From: Octopus sinensis
Taxonomy: Eukaryota
Length of the DNA: 64,000 nucleotides
Assembly (NCBI RefSeq): GCF_006345805.1
Contig: NC_042999.1
Coordinates: 111,290,001 to 111,354,000 of the forward strand
Direction: 5' to 3'
Both the position numbers and the translations under genes were made by a program. Positions 53,834 to 64,000 of this stretch are shown here, one piece after another. The stretch's first letter is position 1, and each line of letters opens with the position of its first letter. The notes under the pieces were generated by a model. It saw only the letters and a list, made by a program, of their open reading frames with translations. It was not told the DNA's origin and made no database searches.

Positions 53834-56287
53834 CATACATACATACGTATGTATATTATTTATATGGCGATATATAATATATACATACATACGTATGTAT
53901 ATTACTTATATGGCTATATATATATATAATATATTATATATATATATATACACATATATATATATATACATACATATCTACATATATATATATGAGTGTG
54001 TGCGTGTATATATACGAACATAGGTGCATATACATATATATTACATGGATATATAAATGAAGTATACTGATTACCTTAACTAGTATGTCATGCAACTGTC
54101 ACATCCAATATCGTTTTATATCATATTCGGTGTTACATATATTTCTCCTTACGTTATGTAATGCATATCACATACATACGCACATACAGACAGCGTGGCA
54201 GACATATTCAAGCATATTCATACATAGTTTAGGTAAACACATGTATGTGTTTACCAAAAATATGCGAACATGCTACACTCGCACACATGTGTGTAGTATG
54301 TAACATAATGCTAAATTATATCGTCTGTAGAAACACATATGTATTTATATGTAAATACTTGGGTGGTATGGTTTATTACTATTATTTTCCCCCTTTTTTG
54401 TGCTCATAATTAGTTTAAAGGAGTTACCCCCACCAACTCACCCATAGCCTGATTCCTTCCTAGGCGAGTAACGATTTGTTTTTATTTACTCCGAAGTTAG
54501 AGCTGATTTAGCAGTCCTCTGATAAATGGGTTTGCAACTTCCTCTATTACGTCTGCTTACTATTTCTCAAATACAGTATACCGTAGACTATATTAACTAT
54601 ATTATTATGCAGCAGTTTTCGTTTCTGTAGACAGTAGTGTGCAACATAAGGGAGAATGTTTGCTATTTCTGGTAGGTCAAATATCCATGTAGAATCTCTG
54701 CTATTGGTTTAAGATTTAAAAAAGGCTTTACATATGATGTTTAATTGAAGTAGTAGACTACTAAGCTAGGTAGGTATTAAGTCCGAATAAGGCCTAATAC
54801 AGATTAGCAAGGTTTGCTCTTTGTTACCTTCTTGCATGGCGCATGCCCGATCGTGATATTGGCCAAATAAAAAGAATGCAATCTGTACTGTAATTCATAC
54901 TCTTCGTCGAAGTTGCTTGGTTTGAACTGTTGGCGTGTGCAACATGATGTGAACTGCGACAATCCGTCCAACTTGTGCCAGTATGGAAAAATCGGATGTA
55001 CAATGACGACGATGAGGATGATGATAACGATATTGTTGCAGACGTCTTTTTCTGGGGTGAAAAGATAAAGTAACAAATATTTGCATATTTATTCTTAAGA
55101 AATATTTCATACTAGGGACTAGACGATGAGATATCGTGGTGTAAAGAGTGCGCATTCAATGATTTTAGTGGTGAGTGGACAAAGCTAAGTCAAATATGTA
55201 CAGAATGTTGTTCGTTTTATTAAAGTTGATTGTTGAATCCCAGTTCGGCCCATTATATAGCAGAGATATGATCGAAGAAAAATAAACCATGATTAATCCA
55301 TCCGTTTTCGGAAATACTGCAACCAGGACTATACTTATAAAATCTCTCCTTTCTTAAAAGATGGTGACTTTAATTTTAAATGATTTGACTAATTTCTATA
55401 GAATCAGAGGAGCGCGCTGCAGTACTTACTTTTGGCGGACAAAAAACATGTTATGGTTTTAGTGGTTGACTTCTTTGGGTTAATGAATATTCATTTCCTT
55501 GATACTACCTCCACCCCGAAACTACCCTCCCGCCACGCACACTTTTTTCATGTGCAGAATGTTTGGGTATGAGATAATCTTACTCTCCTGGACACGTGAT
55601 ATGTGAGCAAGACTGACAGTAAGACAGTAAATTCGTTGCTTTTGATTTATTGCGGGTGATTACATCGGAGCAAATGCATCTCCTTTAATTTAATTGACTG
55701 GTAAAATTCATCGCAAGTTAATTCTATCGTGAGGAAATACATCATCGATTAATACCCAATCAAAATATCGTCAGTTAATATATTATTGGAGCTTTTATTC
55801 GCAGAGTATGTTGCATTAAAAAGATTTTAATTTAAATAAAAAAATAAGTAAACATTGTCAAGAATGTTTTAACTGCAAGAAATGGAAATAAGAATAATTA
55901 CGAACAGTAAGCAGCCCAATATTAATCTCCTTGCAAAATAGACGTTCATTACTTTTCTTTACTCTGGCAAACAAATGACCACTAGTTTATTTCGTTTACT
56001 TATCACATACTAGACCCGTAATTTTGATGGTTTCATATTTCTAAACTATTAAATTGTTGGACAAAACATATAGATCATGACCGCAATCGTTATAACTGGT
56101 TAACTAAACAAATTCTGTCATAAACAGCAAATAAATAAATAAACTGGTAGAGAATTTACTGAAGGCATATTAATTCGTTATGCAATTCATCTTACGATTT
56201 ACCAATGAATGAAATGACATGCCATTCATGTGGCGCGGTGTGTTTACTCACCATTAATTCAAAACAAATCTGTGAGCTGTAAACTAC

Positions 56288-56893
56288 TGTAACGAACTTT
56301 GTGAATATATCTTCTCTTGTACTTTCGGGGTACAAGAGGCAATCACTATCCGTTGCTTTAATAATCCAGAATTCTACCAGTCAGAAACAACAAGACGCAG
56401 ACGTAAAAGATATATATACTACTTTATTCTCTAATGTGGTAACAGTAACAATAAGTGGTTATCTGGTATCCCTTTGGTATAAATGGGTCGTGCTGAACCT
56501 TATCTCTGTAAAATAAGAAAGTGTTCAAATGCAGAACGACACTGGTCAAAGACGGCGGCGAACAATGGAGACGATGTTGGTCTGCAACAATTTGGTTAAA
56601 GGCCTTTTGGTAAGGTGCTGCTAGAATCAAGTCCGGACGGAGAGAAAATATACGTGACCGTTGCCTTCAGTCGCTGCTGTCTCAAGTCACTGCTGACTGC
56701 TGCTAGCGGTCAAACGTTCTACGACCCCCTTGCCTCGCTAACTGCCACGTAGGCAAAAGGGTCGTGCTTCCGGTGGTTCGCGCATGCGTGAGAGGGCCCT
56801 TCCTTTCTGTACCTTGGTGAAGGTACCAACACTCGCACGCGCGAAATAGAAAATGGACGGTGCGCGCATGCGCACCATTATAGGATCACTACA
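56288..56893 (-). repeat. 3' LTR (606 bp)
   Basis: Differs from 58432-59018 by 6 substitutions and two indels (21 bp and 2 bp) by manual alignment. Confidence 0.95.
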
Positions 56894-56905
56894 AGGCTCT
56901 CCTCC
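56894..56905 (-). other. Polypurine tract
   Basis: Minus strand GGAGGAGAG-CCT immediately precedes the 3' LTR. Confidence 0.75.
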
Positions 56906-58412
56906 AGTGCGTACGCACGAAGGAAACTTATTGTAGTGACTGCAAAACTCAAGGTGGACCAAACAGCACACAATATAATAAAATGGCAAAATCTATAACA
57001 TACACAAGAAATTTACTAAAGGAAAAAGAGAAAAAATACTCAATGAGCAAAAATCAAGAGTGCATGCATGAAAGTGTATACGTCACAAAGTATAAACCCT
57101 TCCGCTGAAAGGAGCGGAGGGAAAGCAAAACTCACAGTCAATGAACCTAGGCGAAATTAAAATCCAACTTCTCTAAAGGTGGTTGATCCTGCAAAATAGC
57201 AGTTAAATCAATTGCTGCAGGAGAGGAAATGGAATTGACAGAAGCTCGCTAGTAACACAAAAGGCAAAAGTGCAAACATGCTGGTGTGATGCGCGACACT
57301 GATAATTTTCTGTTAATTACGTGACCAACAGTGGTCTAACAGGGAAAAATAATTACGCCTAAACATGGTGCAGCGCATGTGAACATCCGACGTCCTATGA
57401 GTCGGGAAAAAGAATTAAGCTAACGCAAACGTGTTGCAAAAAACAAGGCAATACACGTGCGAAGCAAAGGCGCATGAAATGCAATAGTGCTTGCCAGACC
57501 GAAAAACAGCAATGAATATGCCAGTGGTTGAGCGATTATATGCCTCGTTCGCACAGGAACAAAAGTATGACATGCTGGCGCGTTATAATGAACAAACAAC
57601 CCTCTCTATGTATACGTGACCCCTAGGGTCTATAGAAATGAGGTGTGTCCACAAAAGGCAAATTTAGCATGGAACAAACAAGCGTGAAAAGCATGTGTGA
57701 CGTATGTATGTGACAGAGATAGCATTTATGTGTGTGTACGTGTGTGCGACAGAAATACATACAAGGTGAATGCAAGCAAAAATAAATAAAAATACAGCGC
57801 ATAGAAAAAATGTCTCTCATGGCTATCCCAGACAATGGAGTTAATTTACCAGTCTCTAATAGCCTGCTGCACAATAGCAGTTCGTTCTGTAACAGAATGT
57901 TGAAATCACAAATGCAGATGCCGGTTGAACACAATGTGTAGCGGTTGTAGCTTCGATGCTGTGACAGGTTAACTGGGTACAGAAGAAATCTCGTAGATAG
58001 TGCTGGGCTGTTGATTCCTTGGCGCGCTATGCACGAACAGCATGTACGCTAAAGTTCCGCGAGTTGCTATGTACATCTTGTGGAGGTCGACGGTGTTGAA
58101 AGGCGACGGTGGTGGTGGAAGGCGACTGTAGTGGACTTGAGACAACATTGTTCTTAGTGTTGATGGCGACGAAGATAACGACGACGTGAAGTAGAAAGAC
58201 GACGATGGCGATGACGAAGGTGGAGAAAAGGCATCGTTGATATGATGGCGTTCGTCATCATGGCTGTAGAATAAGAAAGAGGCTCCTTCTACAACTGTTC
58301 GAGAGGACGGAAACAAATCGTCGAAAGATGAATGCGTAGAGTTAATCGTGTTCCGACTTCGCAGAAAAACTGGATTTCTTTGTTGTTCAGTGATCTCTGG
58401 TTTTAGACCAGA

Positions 58413-58430
58413 ATCACGTCGGGATCACCA
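58413..58430 (-). other. Primer-binding site, tRNA-Trp
   Basis: Plus-strand atcacgtcgggatcacca matches the 3' 18 nt of metazoan tRNA-Trp (ATCACGTCGGGGTCACCA, from memory) at 17/18 and lies 1 nt from the 5' LTR. Confidence 0.85.
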
Positions 58431-58431
58431 C

Positions 58432-59018
58432 TGTAACGAACTTTGTGAATATATCTTCTCTTGTACTTTCGGGGTACAAGAGGCAATCACTATCCGTTGC
58501 TTTAATAATCCAGAATTCTACCAGTCAGAAACAACAAGACGCAGACGTAAAAGATATATATATACTACTTTATTCTCTAATGTGGTAACAGTAACAATAA
58601 GTGGTTATCTGGTATCCCTTTGGTATAAATGGGTCGTGCTGAACCTTATCTCTGTAAAATAAGAAAGTGTTCAAATGCAAAACGACACTGGTCAAAGACG
58701 GCGGCGAACAATGGAGACGATGTTGGTCTGCAACAATTTGGTTAAAGGCCTTTTGGTAAGGTGCTGCTAGAATCAAGTCCGGACGGAGAGAAAATATACT
58801 GCTGTCTCAAGTCACTGCTGACTGCTGCTAGCGGTCAAACGTTCTACGACCCCCTTGCCTCGCTAACTGCCACGTAGGCAAAAGGGTCGTGCTTCCGGTG
58901 GTTCGCGCATGCGCGAGAGGGCCCTTCCTTTCTGTACCTTGGTGAAGGCACCAACACTCGCACGCGCGAAATAGAAAATGGACGGTGCGCGCGCGCGCAC
59001 CGTTATAGGATCACTACA
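58432..59018 (-). repeat. 5' LTR (587 bp)
   Basis: TGTA..TACA, adjacent to the PBS. Confidence 0.95.
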
Positions 59019-59334
59019 CTACTTAATGTGTGATATATATCTGCTCTATAAAAGATCGGTAATTTCTTATGGCTGAAGTATTTTTAGGTTTGAATAGGAA
59101 ACACAATCTTTGGGATAAAGACCTCTCCATTTTAAAAATGCATAGCTACTAAGAGAGGTTACTAACGAGTTTGAGGAACAACATTTGTAGAATGTGCTTC
59201 AATTTGGTTGTGTTTTGCAAGATTAGACACCGTGTGGTATGTAGGGTGCAATAGTATATGCATGGCTCCATACCTTTTCTGATGGTCTTTTCATGCTGTT
59301 GGAACATGTTTGTTTCGATATTTTAATGAAGTTA

Positions 59335-60381
59335 GGGCGGCGAATTGGCAGAAATTTAGCACGCCGGGCAAATTGCTTAGCGGTATTTCGTTGTGAGTTC
59401 AAATTCTGCCGAGGTTGACTTTGCCTTTCATACTTTCGGAGTCGATAAATTAAGTATCAGTTACGCACTGGGGTCGATGTAATCGACTTAATACCTATGT
59501 CTATCCTTGTTTGTCCCCTCTGTGTTTAGCCCCTTGTGGGTAATAAAGAAATAGGTATTTCGTCTGCCGTTACGTTCTGAGTTCAAATTCCGTCGAGGTC
59601 GACTTTGCCTTTCATCCTTTTGGGGTCGATAATTTAAGTACCAGTTACGCACTGGGGTCGATGTAATCAACAATATCCGTTTGTCTGTTCTTGTTTGTCC
59701 CCTCTATGTTTAGCCCCTTGTGGGTAGTAAAGAAATAGGTATTTCGTCTGCCGCTACATTCTGAGCTTAAATTCCGCGGAGGTCGATTTTATTTTTCATC
59801 TTTTTGAGGTCGATTAAATAAGTACCAGTTACGCACTGGGTTCGATGTAATCGACTTAATCCCTTTGTTTGTCCTTCTTTGTCCCCTCTATGTTTAGCCC
59901 CAGTGGGCAATAAAGAAACAAATATTTTACTGAAGTAAGGCGTGGAGCTTTCAGAAACGTTAACACGCCGGGCGAAATGCTTTGAGGTATTTCGTCTGTC
60001 TCTATGTTCTGAGTTCAAATTCCACTGAGGTCGACTTCGCCTTTCATCCTTTCGGGGTCAATAAATTAAGTACCACTTGCGTACTGGGGTCGATCTAATG
60101 GACTGACACCTCCTCAAAAATTTCAGGCCGTGTGCCTAGAGAAGAAAAGTATATTTTACTAAAATGAGGTGGAGAGCTGGCAGAAACGTTAGCACGCCGG
60201 GCGAAATGCTTTACGGTATTTCGTCTATTTTTAGGTTCTGAGTTCAAATTCCGTCGACGTCAACTTCGTCTTTCATCTTTTCGGGATCGATAAATTAAAT
60301 ACCAGTTGCGTACTGCGGTCGATCTAATTGACTTGTCCTCTCCCGCCAAATTTCGGGCCATGTGCCTAGAGTAGAAAAGAA
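59335..60381 (+). repeat. Array of tRNA-derived SINEs: one SINE with its 3' ~183 bp tandemly repeated, plus two further full copies
   Basis: Heads at 59335, 59939 and 60168; cagttacgcac recurs at ~59458, 59642 and 59825. Two alternative 3' tails. Confidence 0.9.
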
Positions 60382-62499
60382 ATATTTTACTGATGTTTAC
60401 GTTCATAGTAATATATTATCACACGCAAGCACTGTCTGCCATATATCTTTTTCGCATATGAATATAATACAACTCTTCAGACTTAATATGTCTTGGTTTT
60501 ATCTTACAAGAAAAAATTATAATCGCTTGCATGAAGCTCAAAGGGAATGCTTTCTGAATGAAAGTGTATGCATGCATATATATGTGGGGAGGTGCATTTA
60601 AGTATACACACTTACGCATATATATATGTGTGTGTGTGTGTGCATCGCATACCCAATACACTGTGTATTAAAGGGGTAAGGGAAAAAATTAAAAAGGAGA
60701 GAAAGACAGAGATAGACAGACTGTTCTGTACTGTGCAATTTTTGTTACAAAAATATAAAATGTACCTCTGACTACTTTTTGCTTAAGAGGTACATATCTA
60801 GGAAATGGCCATCATATTTATCGTAGATTTACATTGTAGGATCTTTTCTTTCTGAAGTCTTGTATTTCTTTTTATATATGCTTTTACTGAATGGGTTTGT
60901 GGCTCTTGAAATTGCTAGCATTGTCTCTTCAAAGAAGCGCAATGGATTAGCAGATTTCTTAACAAAATGCCATGCGATATTTTTTCTGGTTCTTAGCGCT
61001 CTGCATTCAAATCCTGCTGAGGTCAAATTTGCAATAATTTAGCGTCCATTTCAAGTACCGGTGTAGATGTGATGTTATCGGCTACCACGCTGTCTTTAAA
61101 TTTACTAATGTTGTGCCGTAATGTGAAACAACAGTTACAACACAGAATTTCTATTAATCATATAAACGTATTTGTGACAGCTACTTTAATTATTTTCACT
61201 TTAAATTGATCTTGAAACATTTTAATTGTGTTTTGAATACTGTTTAGTTCTTTAATGTGTTTCCTTTAATCATAATTATTTGTTTCAATTTCGCTTCAAC
61301 AATATCGCCTTTCTGCGTCTGGTTTTCTTGTTCCTCTTCTCTTTGTATTCATATTTTATTATTAGAATAGTTTATCACAAATGTCTGTTTGGGTAAGTAA
61401 TTTTAAACGTTTATTTAATTAACTTAATGCTAATAACTTTATTAAGAAAAATGATATCAAATTTCCATATATTTTGCCATATGTTAACAGAGAAACGTTT
61501 CAGTTTCCTTTAAAGGTATAAATACATTTGAAGAATGGTACGCTTTTTTAAGTGTCTTCGTGTAAATTTCTTCGTGCAAAGCAGAAGCCGATACGTCACT
61601 GGCCTCTAGTTGTTGATTCTGTTAACGTTACGCAACTCTCTGATGAAAGAACATGTTCTCTCCATGACCAACTTTAACTAATGATTATCTTTCTATGTGA
61701 GTTGGTAGGGTATATAACTTGAGAGTGACATGCTGCTTTTTCTATCCAGGCGAGTGGTAATATAGTGGATTCCTCTTCTTTATTGTAACTATCCATTTGG
61801 TGATTTTAGTGGCCATTTTAAAATTGGGAATTTAATTAAAATAGCATCTACAATATCATTCATTTTAAAATGAAACATGTTTACGATTTCTTTTATATTT
61901 CTACTATAATTACACCCAGACCATGTCTTTCTTAACGGCAACCGATTTGACGGAAAAATAGTGTAATTTTTAATGTGTCTATTTTTAATGATTTCGTGCA
62001 GAAAAAGGAATTGCATTCATTGTTTCGCAGATTCTCAAAAACCGGGGAAATCGGTGCAGGTGATGTTTAATTTCAACAACATGCAATGCAATGTAAAAGA
62101 AAATCATGAAAATAGAAGAGTTTATGTAGAAAATTGAAAAATTGTTTAGTAAAGAAAATTCTATTGCTACTTGAATCATAGGTTTTAAATATTATGAGGT
62201 GAGTTCATTTTCTTACTATATCATGTAATTCTTTATGGGCTTTGAAATAGGTTATAATGAAACGAAGCGGATCAAGCGAGCTGCAATGATTTTCTGAGGA
62301 TGTGTAGGTGCATTATCTAAAAATTAGCATTTCACTATTAAAATACTGAATTTTTGCCTTTCCCTTGGATAACACTGGTGGCGTGGAGAGGGGAGACCCT
62401 TATGCATGGGCAACTGCTAGTCTTCCATAATCTCGCACGAACTTGTGCCTCGGAGGATAACTTTCTAGGTGCAATCAGATATATATATACATATATATA

Positions 62500-62568
<69 letters not shown>

Positions 62569-62718
62569 TGGGCATGTGGGTATGTCTGGTATGTTTGTCA
62601 CCCACCACCATTGCTTAACCACAGGCGCTGGTTTACGTTACCAAGCCGACACACGCTACGCATACATACACGCACGCGCACAAACATATATGTGCATGTG
62701 TGCATATATATATATATA

Positions 62719-62752
<34 letters not shown>

Positions 62753-62954
62753 AACTTAGATAAACTTAGATATGGCGGTGCCCCAGCATGGCCACAGCTC
62801 ATAAGCTGAAACTGGAAAAATCAAAATCAAATCAAAATCATGTTTCGACCAAAGATTGGTCCAGGCCATGTCTAACTTATATATATATATGGATAGAAAT
62901 GGTAAGACAACAAAAGATTGAAAGAGACCTCGATATTATGTAAATAAAGGAATT

Positions 62955-63185
62955 TATCTGTAAATATATGTGACAATTATTCGGTAGCGATGATAAAACT
63001 CCGAATTTCGGATGTCGGCGTGGGAACCCACGCCAGCCTCTCTTCAGTTATCAGGCCAACAAATAAATGCTATCCATTTTTTTGATGGCCTGATAATTGA
63101 AGAGATGCCGTCGTGGGTTTCCGCCCCGACATACGAAACTTGGAGTTTTATCATGGCTACCGAATAATTGTCACATTATATTTAC

Positions 63186-63190
<5 letters not shown>
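62955..63190. repeat. Imperfect inverted repeat (~104-bp arms, ~88% identical, 27-nt spacer), Penelope-like
   Basis: 62955-63058 versus 63086-63190 shows about 11 substitutions and 1 indel. TA tracts lie nearby on both sides. Confidence 0.9.
62991..63053 (-). ncRNA. Type I hammerhead motif (second copy on + at 63091-63153 with C3->U)
   Basis: Minus strand: tgataa CTGAAGA ..ggcgtggg-tt-cccacgcc.. GAAA TTCGGA GTT|ttatca. Plus copy: tgataa TTGAAGA .. GAAA CTTGGA GTT|ttatca. Confidence 0.72.
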
Positions 63191-63257
<67 letters not shown>

Positions 63258-63418
63258 GCATGTACAGCTGAATGCTTTTGTCTGCGCGTATATATCTGTT
63301 AGCATTTTCAAAGACAGTGACAGTTAACTTTCTTTTGTCCAATTAAAAATTATTACTATGTATGTCACCACGACCACCACAGCTATCATTAACTGCATTT
63401 CTCCTTACCCCCTTACCG

Positions 63419-63449
<31 letters not shown>

Positions 63450-63662
63450 TCTTTTTGCCCCTCCTCTCGCTGTACATCTTCGAATTTCGACTGAATCTTT
63501 AATTAGCAAAGAGTTCTTTTTTTCTTAGATTATTAATATTTCTTTATTAAATCCATTCAATATTGTTATTAAATGCTCACATATACATACGCACACACAT
63601 ATACACAGATCTATATAAACAGTATATATATAAACTTGCATAAATACACACACATGCCCGCG

Positions 63663-63758
<96 letters not shown>

Positions 63759-64000
63759 TGCATGTGTTTGATACGCGTGTTTAAATTGGGTTTTTCCTGA
63801 ATAACTGTTGTCCTTGTTTCGAGAGTCGAGAAGTCATATTTGTTTGGATTACTTTTGAGGTTATAGGCATGCATCACATTTTAGTATAAGAATATTTTAT
63901 TAATAAATAATACAATATAACAACAACAACAACAACAACAACAAAAACAACAGCAACAACAACAATAATGATAATCTTTTCTACTGGAAGTACAATGCCT

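Larger units (their letters stand above)
56288..59018 (-). mobile_element. Non-autonomous LTR retrotransposon (Ty3/gypsy-like cis signals), 2.7 kb
   Basis: Two TGTA..TACA LTRs, 4-bp TSD CTAC (56284-87 and 59019-22), PBS and PPT in minus orientation, and a 1.5-kb interior with no gag/pol similarity. Confidence 0.93.

Noticed and set aside
55320-55900. Possible very old Tc1 remnant
   Set aside because: There are only faint motif echoes (HVMVL), too weak to call.
57969-58316. 115-aa ORF inside the LTR element as gag
   Set aside because: It is a low-complexity Ser/Pro-rich translation of short leader repeats with no CCHC or capsid-like motif.
59335-60400. Regularly spaced repeats as a CRISPR array
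   Set aside because: The units are ~183-bp SINE bodies with no unique spacers, the context is eukaryotic and there are no cas genes.
61640-61660. CTGATGA next to the GAACATGTTC palindrome
   Set aside because: There is no stem II, no GAAA and no stem I complementarity.

Overview
AT-rich eukaryotic DNA saturated with (TA)n, (TATG)n, (CA)n and (TAA)n microsatellites and transposon debris. It is probably intergenic or deep intronic. The SINE families resemble those I recall from octopus genomes, but that is an unverified inference. I recognise no host protein-coding exon, and most ORFs in the track are microsatellite artefacts. Recognisable elements: (1) a 5'-truncated Tc1 transposon with an intact DD34E catalytic ORF; (2) decayed mariner (DD34D and DD37D) and Tc1 copies; (3) RLE-type (R4/Dong-like) and L1/Tx1-type LINE relics, including an ORF1-only element; (4) a Helitron remnant; (5) a young 2.7-kb non-coding LTR retroelement with a tRNA-Trp PBS, a PPT and a 4-bp TSD; (6) tRNA-derived SINEs, including tandem arrays whose 3' tail matches the Tx1-like LINE 3' end. 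The main hidden signal is a set of type I hammerhead ribozyme motifs read by eye at eight loci. Five loci are near-canonical and three are degenerate. They sit in short, mutually dissimilar Penelope-like inserts next to microsatellites, and three of the inserts are fold-back structures. One of these (48354-49356) looks like two inverted, circularly permuted copies of a ~540-nt ribozyme-punctuated unit, which would fit a retrozyme-like or non-autonomous Penelope-like element. All folds and alignments were done manually and need computational confirmation.
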